Below are positions 42,949 to 57,471 of a stretch of DNA of 61,960 nucleotides, piece by piece. Origin of the DNA: Octopus bimaculoides (taxonomy: Eukaryota). The stretch's first letter is position 1. Each line of letters opens with the position of its first letter. Location: assembly GCF_001194135.2 (NCBI RefSeq), contig NC_068990.1:65550160-65612119 (forward strand). Direction: 5' to 3'. A program made the translations under genes and the position numbers. The notes beneath the pieces were generated by a model that searched no databases, was not told the DNA's origin, and worked only from the letters and a program-made list of their open reading frames with translations.

Positions 42949-42981
<33 letters not shown>

Positions 42982-43071
42982 TGTATGTATGTATGTATGT
43001 ACGTATATAAGTATGTATGTATGTACATAAATTTACATTTATTTGTGTGTGTATGTATATATATATATATA

Positions 43072-44048
43072 CACGGGGTTGGACAAAATAATGGAAAAAC
43101 CTAGCATAATAGCATCATAATTTTGAAATATCTATAAAACCGTCAAAAGATTGTTTATTTTTATGTTTCTTGATTTATCATTAGTGTTGTTTAAAATATT
43201 TTGCTAAAATTGCTGTTTCCTTTCAGATATCATCAGAAAAAGATAATTAAAATTCATTAAAATGACAGATATATCGGACTTTCAAAGAGGTCAAATTGTT
43301 GGTGCTCGTATGGCTGGCGCTAGCGTAAAGAAAACAGCCGAAATGTTTGGCGTATCAAGAAGTAGTCTCGAAAGTAATGACAACCTTTGAGTAGTGTAAG
43401 ACTGTCATTTTCTCGGTCGTGTCATCCTTTACCTTATTTCCGACCACCGGCCGAGTATACGTGTGGAGACAGTCAAAAGAAGCATTTGACCCAGATTGCC
43501 TTCTTCCTACTGTTAAACATGGATGAGGATCAGTGATGATCTGTGGTGGTGGTGGTGGGGGCTATATCTTGGAAATCCGCCGGCCCAATGGTTTCCCTTC
43601 ATGACAGAATTAAAAGTCAAAACTATTTAATCATTTTATCTGATCAAATTCATTGCGGAACTGTTTCCGGAGGGAAACGCAATCTTTCAGGATGATAATG
43701 CACCAATTCATACAGCTAAAATTGTTACTGAACGGCACGAGGAACATTCTTGTGAAGTTGAACATCTTATCTGGCCACCACAGTCCCCAGATCTCAATAT
43801 TATTGAACATTTATGATGCATTTTAGAAAAACAATGAGTCGATATCTTCCACCATCATCACTACAATAAGTGGAAACTGTTTTAGCTGAAGAATGGACAA
43901 AAATACCTTTGGAAACAATTTAAACTTTGTACGAGTCCATACCTCGTAGAATTCAAGCTGTAATTACTGCTAAAGGCAGTCCTACCCCATATTGAAATAA
44001 ATTTGTTTGTAATTTTAAGGTGTTTCTATTCTTTTGTCCAACTCCCTG
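43072..44048 (+). mobile_element. Tc1-family DNA transposon with DD36E spacing, internally deleted
   Basis: TA at 43070-43071 and 44049-44050; ~26-bp TIRs cacggggttggacaaaataatggaaa / gtttctattcttttgtccaactccctg. ATG at 43262 (MTDISDFQRGQIVGARMAGAS). FQDDNAPIH..WPPQSPDLNIIE has 36 residues between D and E. Stop at 43993-43995. Confidence 0.9.
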
Positions 44049-44150
44049 TATACATATGTCCACAGACACATATTTCGTTTATTTAGTCTGAGTTCCACTC
44101 GAGATTCATGCTGAAACTTGAGTCTCTTTTTCTCTCTCTTGTACATATAT

Positions 44151-44189
<39 letters not shown>

Positions 44190-45705
44190 ATCATCGACTT
44201 CCAGAATTTAAATATAAATAACACAAGGCATTTAGAAGCACTAATACAAAACAGAGGAAACAATCACCGCTGTCCATCAAGACTTCGAACTATCAATCGC
44301 ATCCTTTCGATATAAGTAACACAAATGCTTTATTAGTATCAACTAATATTTGTCCTCCGCTCATATCACACGAAGTCCATGTAATTTCATCGTTATTTAA
44401 CGCACACTGGTGATGTATGTCCTTTGGTTTACACTTGTGGATATAGTTATATTATAAATGAGGTAAAAATGAAGTTGTGTCTGTTTTGTTGACAAGAATT
44501 AATAATCAAAAGTATTGATTTTGCTCTTCGTTAAGTGTGTAATTTCTAATTAATTAAACATTTTCTTGGCTCAACGCATTAACTATATTAGCCCTCGTCA
44601 CCCACATAATTAAATGTTTATATAACTTGTGGTGACAGAAAGTATAGGCAGTGTTCTATAATGTAATAAGTAACTCGCATGGAATATGATAAAAACATGG
44701 CTCTCATCGTGTCGGAGGTCTCCAGATAATTTTACCCCAAGATAATGCCGGTATATTCTCTAATGTCCTAGATAAAATACATATATATGTATTTTACCGT
44801 ACATATTTTAATATACTAGATAGTATTTGCGCATTTCCTCGTATTGTTATTATTATTATTTTTGCAATATCCATGGAAAATTCAGGGTCATTTTGAATAG
44901 TATAAGAATGTTACAAGTTTATGAAAAGCAGGAAATATTCAAATTGTATCGAAACGCTACATTTTGTGAATCCTTTGATTTTGAAATGGTGTAATGGCCA
45001 CATAAGTCGTACTAATGATTTAGTCTCAGTAGAGAACAACTTTGAAAACTATATTCTTTGTTAAACAGTTGTCCCTTCGGATTTTTAAATAATTCTTCCC
45101 ACCACTTATTTCAAATTTTCGCCAAACTTTTTCGAATTTTCTACACTGATATTGTTTTGCATGCTTTTGACGAAAACTACATTCATTTTTTTCTAGAAAT
45201 TAATTATTAAAAAAGTCATGAGTATTTAAAAATGCATAATTTTAGCAAACCAGAAGCCTAAATTTCCGACACAACGGAAGTTGCAACTGTGCGTTACCGT
45301 AGGAACAGTGTTTTATCGTTGTTTACTTACCTGTCGTCGTTAAGAAAATGAAAAGATAACGGAACTTTAGACATTTGTTTTTCAAAAACGAAAAGTATTT
45401 CATGAATCTTCATTTGAGAAATAAAAGCATTTTTTTACACACATGTATACACACATGTATACACACATACATACATACATACATACATGTGTAGGCACAT
45501 ACACACACACACACTAACACACACATGCGCACAAACAAAGAGAAAGGAACGTAGTGTGAATAACGGACAGAGTCAAAACTATTGAAAAGGTTGCAAGAAG
45601 CAACGAACATTTTAGAAAAATAAAAAATAAATAAATGGAAATTTTACCGGTGACTGTGCTAAATTATAAGGCACTAAAAGAGAATGACTCTCCCTAGACA
45701 CAACA

Positions 45706-45757
<52 letters not shown>

Positions 45758-45769
45758 ATATATAATAAC

Positions 45770-46485
45770 AGTGGGATTCTCTATATGTATTCCAGGACCG
45801 TGTTTTTTTTTCCGAATGGCATTGTATATTGGAATATATTCTATAGTTATCTCCGTTGACTCAGATACATTTGGAGAGACATAAGAATTTAGTGAACGCG
45901 GTGTTTTTTTTTTACATCATGTTCAATCTCTCTTTTGGTAAGTTTTGGCTAGTTCTCAGTGTTTTCAGAAGATCGATTTGCATCACGTGAGCAAGTCATT
46001 ATTCTCTTAAAAAATGATGCTTGTTGTTAAGTTGCTACGCAGTAAATGTGTTTAAGTTGGGATGAGATTCGTCCCAATATCTTTTTAACCGCATCATATG
46101 TCCGATAGAACGGTCTCCAAGGGCTTTTTCATAGCATCGAAGTTGATCTTGGTTTAGATGCGGAGTCCAAGTAAACGAGCGAAGCACTTACGTCTTCTTA
46201 GGTAGCTCACTGGTGCTGTAGTGCTGTTTCCGTCGTTAGTGGTATTGTTAGTTTCAGCCATAATCGTGTCAGTGAAATTCCACGTTGTATAAGATATATT
46301 TTTAAAACCCGGTTTGAATAAAGCTAAATTTGTAGGGAAAAAGGATTCTCTTATTTTTAATGGGAGACATAAACCAGTTACTAATTTAGGTTGGAGGTGT
46401 CGGCATAAATGTAGAAGGCAACGTTCAAAAATATAGTTAAAACGGCCCTCTACGCCTGCACGTCTGATTTTAACAGCGCCATCTT
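45770..46485 (-). mobile_element. 5' end of an R4/Dong-like LINE
   Basis: Begins caagatggcg. ATG at 46261 gives MAETNNTT..VSYLRRRK, then after a frameshift LNQDQLRCYEKA..GHMMRLKRYWDESHP. Homologous to 19900-20150. Confidence 0.5.
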
Positions 46486-46494
46486 GTATGTATG

Positions 46495-46528
<34 letters not shown>

Positions 46529-47127
46529 TGTATGTATAAATGTATGTATGTATGTATGTATATATGATGTATGTATGTATACATTTATATGTATATATGT
46601 ATACATATACTCACACATGCAGACGTTTAAGTATATATAGGTATGTGTATATACATGTGTATGTATATGTATATATCTACGTGTATTTATATGTATATAT
46701 ATATGTATGAGTGTATATATAAGCATGTGTATGCATGCATATATGTATGTATGCATATATGTATTTATGTATGTAAATGTACGTATATATGCACACAAAC
46801 ATATTTGCATAAGAATAATATATACGTATAGACAATATATACAATATAAATCGAATATATGCATACATATACCCATTTATAATAAATTATATGTGTGTGT
46901 GTGTGTGTGTNNNNNNNNNNTGCGAAGGGGTTATGTGTGAGTGAGTGTCTAACTCAAATATTATTGGTATATATATCTGCATATATGTCGTTCACACACG
47001 CACACACAGAGACACACAGACACAGGCATACACATACATATACATACGCACATACATACACGTACATGTGTGTATATTTATGTATGTATTGTTTGCGCGT
47101 CTATGTGTGTGTGTGTGTGTGTGTGTA

Positions 47128-47199
<72 letters not shown>

Positions 47200-47379
47200 G
47201 ACGCGCGTTCAAGATTTGTGATTAACTTCAAAGGTGGGGTTAGGCTGGTGTCGGTCATTTGAAATGTTTTAACCGTTTCCTCTAACAGATGACTCTTCTA
47301 TTCTCTTCTGACAACTTTCTCTTCTAATTTCTTCATTTCAGAGATTTCAAACAGAGAATCGCATGGTTAGATACTAAAT

Positions 47380-47380
47380 A

Positions 47381-47476
<96 letters not shown>

Positions 47477-47760
47477 CATTATTAATGCAGCTAGATGGCA
47501 GAATCGTTACCATGCCGGGAACAATGGTTAGCGACATTTCGTCCATACTTACGTTCTGAGTTCAAATTCCCTTCAGGTCGACATTGCTTTTGATTATTTC
47601 GGGGTCGATGAAATAAGTACCAGTTACGTACTGAGGTCGACGTTATCGACTAGCACCCTTCCCCGCCAAAAATTTTTTTTGAAAGCCTTGTACCTAGAGT
47701 AGGATTAATAATAATAATAATAATGATAATAATAATAATAATAATAATAATAATGTTGAA

Positions 47761-47806
<46 letters not shown>

Positions 47807-47950
47807 TTGATGATGATGATGATGATGATGATAATAATAATGATAATAATAATAATGATAATAATAATAATTATAATAATAATAATGATGATGATGATGA
47901 TAATAATAATGATGATAATGATTATAATTATTATTGTTATTGTTATTATT
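47380..47950. repeat. Compound triplet microsatellite field (ATT/AAT/GAT) hosting a SINE
   Basis: Directly visible; strand polarity switches near 47705 and near 47910. Confidence 0.9.
47483..47706 (+). mobile_element. SINE family A, plus strand
   Basis: Contains tggcagaatcgtt (A-box) and gagttcaaattcc (B-box); preceded by about 100 bp of (ATT)n. Confidence 0.85.
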
Positions 47951-48575
47951 GAGTGAGAGAGCAGTGTATGCCATCAAAGTGACACTGGGGTAAAATATAC
48001 GAAGCCCATTATACCCATCACAATTACTCGTCTTATAAGGGTACACCAGGCACATGCATCACAACCATATGTGCGCGACGTGGTGATCTCATATCAAGAT
48101 AAACAGCGCATGACCTCGCAGGTGGGGCCCAGTTAGAATTTTCTTCAGGTCGAGTAGTCCATTCCGCTCAAAAGGTCCCTGAATAAGGTTTGTTTAAGGA
48201 TGTTGAGCAAAACACCCATGTTTCCAAAGGTGAATTATTCAAACCCCAAAGAATTCCTCTCAACACATGACTGTGATAGTTCCCCACTACGTCTGCTCAT
48301 GATCACATATCGTCAGCCACCTAGGGACATGCTCAACTTGTTAAGGTCAAACAACTGACAAGCAAATCTGTGGTATTGAGCAGAATATTTGCTGTAGTCC
48401 ATCTTATTATACCAAGACAAAACAATGTACATGATANNNNNNNNNNGTGGTATTGAGCAGAATATTTGCTGTAGTCCATCTTATTATACCAAGACAAAAC
48501 AATGTACATGATAACACTTCCAATCAATTAAGATCAGAAGCCATGAGAGTCACTGCCTGGCACTACATCCGGGCA
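47951..48575 (-). mobile_element. About 620-bp non-coding interspersed-repeat-like unit embedded in triplet microsatellite
   Basis: Sharp boundaries against ATT/ATC tracts on both sides and no coding similarity recognised. It resembles an abundant octopus repeat I recall from memory (unverified). Strand is inferred from tract polarity. Confidence 0.45.
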
Positions 48576-48583
48576 TAATTGTT

Positions 48584-48643
<60 letters not shown>

Positions 48644-48686
48644 GCCGTCGTCGTCGTCAGCGTCATCATCATCATCATCATCATCA

Positions 48687-48744
<58 letters not shown>

Positions 48745-48748
<4 letters not shown>

Positions 48749-49647
48749 CCTGTTCCAGTGATCAGGCAGTCAGTCTGTTGTCAGCACCTTCCACGTGGCG
48801 GCTCAGCCATGGCTTGTGAAGCAGCCACAGCATACCCAAGAAGCTGAAGATGCGTCATTTCCAATGATTTCTTGACAGTGAACGTGTATTGGCACTGTTT
48901 ACATAACACGTCTTTCCGTTGCTTGTCTCCTTGGAGGAGCTGCAGTTCTGGGTCAAGGAAAGACTGAGACTGATCGTCCGGCACCTAGATTGTCGTCAGG
49001 AACTCATAACCCTTTTACCAGTCAGGCAATCTGATCAGTGGATGTTGCACTTGAACAATATATAGAGGATTAGTGGCAGATACATATGACGAGTCTCGAC
49101 GTTGACGAAAAACTGGCTAGTCTGTTCCGGAGGGTTTTTTCGTCGGGTGCTACGAAGGAAAATTTCCACAAGTCGTTGGCAGTGTTACCAAGAGGTGCTA
49201 TCATTTTGAGATAAACTCTACAGGCACAAATGTGCTATCACACGGGCTTTTCCGAGGTTCGCGCAGGGTGACAGAACCGTTCCACACGTACTCGTTCAGT
49301 GTCCGATCATTGCTGATTTGTGGAAGTATGCTGAATAGCTGCTGTCGCGTGTTGGACAGATGCGTCGGTCGACTGCGTTTATTGTGATGATTTCTCCGCC
49401 GCCTTCCTTTAATGAGGCAAAGAAGGTAGTTATCCTCTGCCAAGTGGCTGTGGCAAAAGAGGTTGTCTGATGGACGAGATTGAAAGATATGAGGAAGAGA
49501 CATTCCTCTTTGATACAACCCTCATCTCCTTTTTCATGTTTCATTTGAAAAGGAAAGTGAGGGTAGAGAAGTGAATTTATTGAACGGTGGGTAAAGGTTG
49601 CGGATGTGGCAAGAGTGAATGGTACTACTCTAAGTATAGAACGGTGA
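48745..49647 (+). mobile_element. L1/Tx1-like LINE ORF2 C-terminal part
   Basis: Reads WQCYQEVL..DKLYRH..TVPHVLVQCPIIADLW..SFNEAKKVVILCQVAVAKEVV*WTRLK..FHLKRKVRVE..ARVNG. Homologous to 6579-6900 on the minus strand. Confidence 0.75.
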
Positions 49648-50040
49648 ATTGGAGAATAGGAATTGGACAGCTCATTTGCCCTTGGCGTTCAGAGAAATCT
49701 TGGATGGTAAGGGGTTATTATTATTAAGACGGTGAGCTGGCAGAATCGTTGGATCCCTGACAAAATTACACGCCTTACGTTTATAGCAGAAAGAATTAAT
49801 ATGTTTTCGCTATCGTCGTCTTTGTTGTTGTTCTTGCTGTTGTTGTTACTTTGAGAAGTTATCCTAAGCTTTCGAAATGGTGAGTCAACTAGGTTCAGTA
49901 TCTGATTATATATTATATTTTATTGGAAGAGAAATTTATTTGCCGATAGAATAAAACCTAAAGAAAATATTGCTACTATTATTTTATCATTTTAAATCTA
50001 TCATCATCATAGTCTACGTCATCATCATCAGCAGCATTAC

Positions 50041-50101
<61 letters not shown>

Positions 50102-50680
50102 GTTATTGTTATTGTTGTTGTCGTCGTCGTCATGTTCATATGGAAATACTCTTCTTCTTCTTCTTCTTCTTCTTCTTCTTCTTTTTCTTCTTCTTCTTCT
50201 TCTTCTTCTTCTTCTTCTTCTTCTTCTTCTTCTTCTTCTTCTTCTTCTTCTTCTACTTCTTCTCCATCTTGTGTTAATAATATACAAAAAGATGTAAAGA
50301 AGCAGCCCCTTTAATCACTGAAGNNNNNNNNNNNNNNNNNNNNNNNNNNNNNNNNNNNNNNNNNNNNNNNNNNNNNNNNNNNNNNNNNNNNNNNNNNNNN
50401 NNNNNNNNNNNNNNNNNNNNNNNNNNNNNNNNNNNNNNNNNNNNNNNNNNNNNNNNNNNNNNNNNNNNNNNNNNNNNNNNNNNNNNNNNNNNNNNNNNNN
50501 NNNNNNNNNNNNNNNNNNNNNNNNNNNNNNNNNNNNNNNNNNNNNNNNNNNNNNNNNNNNNNNNNNNNNNNNNNNNNNNNNNNNNNNNNNNNNNNNNNNN
50601 NNNNNNNNNNNNNNNNNNNNNNNNNNNNNNNNNNNNNNNNNNNNNNNNNNNNNNNNNNNNNNNNNNNNNNNNNNNNNNNN

Positions 50681-50723
<43 letters not shown>

Positions 50724-51722
50724 CATCCGGAAGTCAATAAAACGAAATGAAAACGGAAATGTCCTGTAAGTATTATTGGGATGTTGTATTACAGCCGAGG
50801 ACTTCGTCTCTGTGTAGTGTTTGTCGGGGATGATTTCCGCCGTAAGCAATAGTCCGACGTAGTCCATCCTCCTCTAGTTTATTGCTTACAGATGAAACGT
50901 GCAAGAGTAATTGAAAATCAACTGTGAAAGTTTGTCCTGTCTAGATTTACTGTGTTCTTCTATTCGATATTGAAATGCAAATGTCTAGTCAATCGTCATT
51001 TCAATACATAATTCCTGTGTGGCCAACATGGCGGCCATTTCAAACCAGTTAAAATTTACTATCTGTATTTGATCAATCGACGTCTCTTCGCTGTTTCTAT
51101 ACAGTCGAAATGTTCATGTTGGCAAACTGTCGATCCCAACATGAAATATGATGCTGTAAACTGATAAACTATACTTCATGTATTTCGATATTCTATTCGC
51201 CTGAACAAATTGTATTTACTCCTTTCTTTAATCAATAATATTATATCAAGAAACATCACTGTTTTACGAGGCAAAGATCTAGCAGAAACAAATGGGTGTG
51301 TATGAGTTGTGCCTTACGTACATCTATAGTAACAACGGAAAACACATTCCACTTAGTGAAAAATGTCTTAAAGAACAATCGTGTAAATCAGTTACTTTGT
51401 TTATTTCTTACATATAAATATAAGCATGAAGACAATCGTTTATTCGGGTGTTCACTGGAACCTGAAAAAGCTAAAAATTAATTACATTCAATCCATAATA
51501 TTATCAATTTATTACATACACAAGGGTCCATATATTTTGTATATAGGAAGAGAAATAAAATTGTGAAACATTTAACGGCATTAATGAAATGAAGGAAGTG
51601 AAATACTTTTCAGATTAGAAACTAAACAGCGTATTTATGTATGACGGATATTAGTTCTGTGTCAGATAACTGTTGTTACAGCTTCTATCTATCTATCTAT
51701 CTATCTATCTATACACATATAC

Positions 51723-52090
51723 AAACTGGTCGACAAGGCGCAAACGTGCGCCGTGCTGAGTAGGAGTATCCATGACAACTTCCATCTGATGCGCTATATC
51801 ATAGACAGGTAGTTAAGGAACGTGGCATGGGTGGGGCGCTGATCAATTTGGATCTTTCAAAACCTTTGAAAGGGTAGACCATCGCTACTTGGAGGCTGTC
51901 CTTAGAGCGGCTGGTTTCGGTCCCGCCTTCCGCGGTTGGATCGCTGCCTTATAGAGCGGCATCCGCTCGGTAGTTCGTATAAATGGTCATCTGTCCAGAC
52001 TATTTAACATCACGCGTTCGGTTTGTCAAGAATGTCCCCTTTCGTCGCTTCTGTACGTATTGACTCTTGAGTCACTACCGCGGAAGCTGG
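51723..52090 (+). mobile_element. L1/Tx1-like reverse transcriptase fragment, running into a gap
   Basis: Reads DKAQTCAVLSRSIHDNFHLMRYI..GALINLDLSK..RVDHRYLEAVL..GF..WI..SVCQECPLSSLLYVLTLE. Confidence 0.9.
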
Positions 52091-52817
52091 NNNNNNNNNN
52101 NNNNNNNNNNNNNNNNNNNNNNNNNNNNNNNNNNNNNNNNNNNNNNNNNNNNNNNNNNNNNNNNNNNNNNNNNNNNNNNNNNNNNNNNNNNNNNNNNNNN
52201 NNNNNNNNNNNNNNNNNNNNNNNNNNNNNNNNNNNNNNNNNNNNNNNNNNNNNNNNNNNNNNNNNNNNNNNNNNNNNNNNNNNNNNNNNNNNNNNNNNNN
52301 NNNNNNNNNNNNNNNNNNNNNNNNNNNNNNNNNNNNNNNNNNNNNNNNNNNNNNNNNNNNNNNNNNNNNNNNNNNNNNNNNNNNNNNNNNNNNNNNNNNN
52401 NNNNNNNNNNNNNNNNNNNNNNNNNNNNNNNNNNNNNNNNNNNNNNNNNNNNNNNNNNNNNNNNNNNNNNNNNNNNNNNNNNNNNNNNNNNNNNNNNNNN
52501 NNNNNNNNNNNNNNNNNNNNNNNNNNNNNNNNNNNNNNNNNNNNNNNNNNNNNNNNNNNNNNNNNNNNNNNNNNNNNNNNNNNNNNNNNNNNNNNNNNNN
52601 NNNNNNNNNNNNNNNNNNNNNNNNNNNNNNNNNNNNNNNNNNNNNNNNNNNNNNNNNNNNNNNNNNNNNNNNNNNNNNNNNNNNNNNNNNNNNNNNNNNN
52701 NNNNNNNNNNNNNNNNNNNNNNNNNNNNNNNNNNNNNNNNNNNNNNNNNNNNNNNNNNNNNNNNNNNNNNNNNNNNNNNNNNNNNNNNNNNNNNNNNNNN
52801 NNNNNNNNNNNNNNNNN

Positions 52818-52848
<31 letters not shown>

Positions 52849-53474
52849 TGTATGTATGAATGCATGTATGTGTGTGTTTATATATAATTTCATTTTCTTT
52901 ATATGAATTTATATAATTTTTAAAGCTATTTATTTTTTTTTACATATATTTACTTTACATCCTCTTTTTGTGCATTCCTGTGATTTTTGATAACATGAGG
53001 ATGGCCAACTCCATGAACTTGTATCTAGCACCTTAATTGATATGGAACAACATATTTTAATTTCTAGTGACGAGATCAAAGCTACTTTGGGGGTTTCATG
53101 CATTGTATATAGAGTAAAGTTTTTAGGTGTTCTCAAAGTTGAATAGTTTCTGTAACCATGATCTTCTTCTGATTTCATGAGTTATCTTTCTTTACATTCA
53201 CTGATTTGTGAATATACAATTCCATTGGTTAATGCACAGCATGCATATTTATGGAAACAAAAAGCAATTTTATTCCAACACTGAAATTATTACTACATGA
53301 AGAAGACTGCGAAACGGCTGTAACCTTAAGGATGTTAAGTGGTAATTTTAAATATATTCATCTCTCATACCTCCTGACTTTTTATGGTTTAAACACGCGT
53401 GCGAACGCGCATGCACAGACACAGACAGAGACAGAGACACACGCGCGTGTACACGCACACACGCACACACACAC

Positions 53475-53533
<59 letters not shown>

Positions 53534-55428
53534 TACATACTTATCACGTAAATGGGTGGCCGATGACTCTCCTGAATTAATGCACCCTTTAACGAATGTT
53601 GCTTTTCAGCCTGCAGGATGTCTACAAACCATCCTACTCACTACGGAGGGTAGTTTAATGGTCGGACCATGCAACAGGTTGCATGTTATCAGTAGCACTC
53701 ATGAGTGGCCCCTCTCTCTCTCTCTTTCACACACACACATACGCTCACACACATACACGCTGACCCATGTTCTTATGTAATAGCAATTTCTGGAAAGATT
53801 TGAACAGGCAACTTTAAGGCAACAAGTCTAAGTAAAACAATGAATTTAATCCAGTAGTATACCGTTTCTAATGGTTCATTGTTTCCCGTAGTTTTGATCA
53901 CATAGAAATGATATCGTTTGTAATAACAGTAAGTTAACAGACTTCGTACAAATCAGTTGGTTGAAGTAGAAAAACGTATAGAAGAAAATGTTTTCTGATA
54001 ATCTCTGGAATTCTCTTCTATATTAAAAGAGACTGCACATATCAAAGACATCATTCTTTTCGAATAAACAAATCGTTGTCGACGAGTCATTACGTAATGA
54101 ATATATTTTTGCATGAGATATTTATACATCATCAAAGAAGAATGTCGGTTAGCACATATATCACAAGAAGATATCTGCACAGCAAAAGAAATTTTTACAG
54201 AGCGGGTGCCAACAATTAGATCAATGAGTAAAGTCAAGAGGTGAACACCTTAATATAATTTATTAGCTCTCTTTCTGAACTCACGTCAAAACATTGGAGT
54301 TTCGTTGCGAGGAAAAACGGAAAGAAAAAATATAATATGAAGAAACGAATAAACTGAACATAATCAGACAATATCAACAACAACAAATGCAACAGCAATA
54401 AAGAATCTGCAATTGCAGCAGCAATAACAACTTAGTTCCGTTACAGAAAGCCGAGCTTAATTCATTTACTACAATATCATCCAAAGGGAGGAACGTATAA
54501 ACTTACAGGGTATTTATAAACACTTTCATGGGTCAAGCGCTCGGTGGTTTGGTTGTATAGTTAGTGTGAGTCACTGGGGTACTTTACTGAAAGCTTGTGA
54601 CTGGTCAACGTTGCTTAAATATTTATAAAAATTAGTGTTACACAAAAGCCATTCTAGCTGATCACCAGACACTTCATGGAATCAGATATCGATCCGTAGA
54701 TTCATGCTGTAATAACGACCGCATTTTGTTTCTTTTCTTGTATCGTTCCGCATATCAGTAAATCATAACTCTGTGAAGTGTATATCGCAGTATACATCGC
54801 TGAACTACATCTCTAAGGAATATATATCTCTAAAAGCGTATCACTGAACTTATATCTTGTGAAGTATATATCACTGAATCATATTTTATATCGTTGTACA
54901 TAAGCACAGACACAGACACTAAAACACACATGAGCACACACACACGAGCACACACACACACGAGCACACACACACACACACAAATATGCACTCCCGCGCA
55001 TACACCACACAAATGTATATTAAGCTAGTAATAACGAACCAAACAAAAGTACTCAATAGCATACAACAGAGTATGAATAACTTAATTTGTACGACTATAA
55101 CTAATGTTGACACACTGTTTCACCGTACACATTTAAAGTGTATGCATACATAGATACATATATAGAGGCACACGCACACGCACACACACATACATACACA
55201 CACACACGCACAAATACAAAGACAGACACACACAGATAGACAAAGACACACACAAATACACACACATACACGCACACACACACGTGTATTTGCATATATA
55301 AGAATGTTTATCTATTTATTTATGTATTTCTCTATAATGTGTTTATATATATAATTTTCAAATACTATAGAAACACAGAACAGTAAATGAACATGCATGA
55401 TGCATGTATTGTTTGTCACTAATTAAAA

Positions 55429-55486
<58 letters not shown>

Positions 55487-55510
55487 NNNNNNNNNNNNNN
55501 NNNNNNNNNN

Positions 55511-55558
<48 letters not shown>

Positions 55559-57471
55559 TACACATATGTATATATGTATATATGTATATATGTATGCATA
55601 TACCTATATATATATATGTACATGTATGTATGCATGCACGTATGTATGCATATATGTATGCGTATATATTTTCTACCTTCTCACATGCATGTATATGATG
55701 TAATTTATATGTGTGAGTGTATGAAAAATGTGCGTGAATGTATATGTGTGAGAGCGGGAGAGAGAGATGTGTGTGTGTATTATAATATCATTATGAAAAA
55801 TATTCTTCATTTAATTTAGCTTCGATAGAAATTTATATATCAAAGGTATATGAATATAGAAAGTGAACGGAAATATCTCATGCTGAATGTCTAAAGTTTT
55901 TAATTAATTTATTTACTTTCTGTCTTGCACTGAAAGTTACAAATCTGAAAAATCTATTTTTTGTAGAACATAGATTATGACAAGTAAGAGAGTTAAGAGC
56001 AAATATTGCAGATGTAGTTCACCAGGAGCTTAAACGCTCTCCGTTCATGAAAGAACTGTAAAAGAAAAATGACGAAAGTAAGAAACACACTGATACCTGC
56101 TAAATATTTCGTTTTAAGCCAGGCTTAAACTTCATAGATAAAGGCTTAGCTTCTTAAAACTCAGTGTTACGAACTCGAATTTTAGTTTTTTATGCTGTGA
56201 AGACGGCGAGAGACTTACTTTAATTTGGACAGGATACAAATGTGTCGTAGCTGGACATAATCTTCTGTTATCTTATTCTTGATTTATCAATCGTAGTATT
56301 TGTTTATGCAGAACAAATAACGAAAATCAAACATATCCATAATTATTAGTCAAACTATTAATTAGCTCTCTACAACCCACTAGTCTCTCCATTTTTGGCA
56401 ATGATTTTGACTCCCTTAGTCAGAACCAGTCAAATTAGTCAATTCTGATGAGATTGTGTTTTAAAATCAAATGTTCCTAAACATTTTTGTATCTACGATA
56501 AATGACATTATTGTTTTTAGGATATCTCACCTTAGTCTCCTATACTTACCCACCGTCATGCACAGAACAGCATCATAATATACAATGTGTTTCTATCGTT
56601 CTATTTTTATTTAATCATTGGTCTTGAATATGTCTTCTCTTATTGTGGAAATATAATCACAAAGAAATGGAATTGAATGACTATTCGTTCTTAAAAATAA
56701 AGTTTTCGTAAAGAAATATCGAACTAATACATTCTTCTCTGAAGAACAGATGTTTCCATTCACTAGAGAACTTCAGCTCAACTGTATTGTTAACATATGA
56801 ATGAACCTTAACAGAGTATAGTAAAACAGTTATCTAGACTGTATGAATCGCTCGGATACATACAGATTAATTCTAGTTGCACGCATCTGATTCCATTTTA
56901 TCTTCATAGTACAAACTATTTTAATCTATAGCAGTTCTTCATTCTGTAGAAGGAACCAAACATTTCACCATCGTGGATAATTATTGTCAGACTCAGGATG
57001 GTGCACCTAATTTTTCTCAACTCATCCGATTGTATTGAGGAAAAGAATTTTTATTCATTCTTTCACTTCTACTATCTTCACATCATATGTAATCATGCTG
57101 TTTCGTACCTTTTGATGCTTTTCTTATTGTTACAATCAACTCTTCTTCCTCGACTCTCTAATCTGTGTATCATCTATAATCAACTACTATTCTAACTATC
57201 CACTCTAATTTATATCCATCGATATCCATGATAAGAGCGAATCTTTTGTTACCTCAAAGTAATTTTTCTGATCATGCATAATTAATACAAAAGTTTATTA
57301 ATATTCCTCTGTTATTTCAAGAACTATTTCCCTGATATTTATTTTATGAGTTGAAGTTCTTGAATGAAAATAGTAAATTTATGGACATTGACCTTTTCTC
57401 ACTCTCTTCTGTTCATCCCAGCAATTTGGCATAAAACGATCCATAGTTAGTTTTGCTCATAATATTTTGAT

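Noticed and set aside
48370-48512. Exact ~66-bp duplication flanking a 10-N gap
   Set aside because: It has the same scaffolding-artefact pattern.
48500-48575. Faint 5S rRNA-like similarity at the putative 5' end of the 620-bp element
   Set aside because: Only a short gapped resemblance, with no A-box/C-box support.
56940-57195. Possible host exon after ttcattctgtag
   Set aside because: No recognisable protein in any frame and no convincing donor site.
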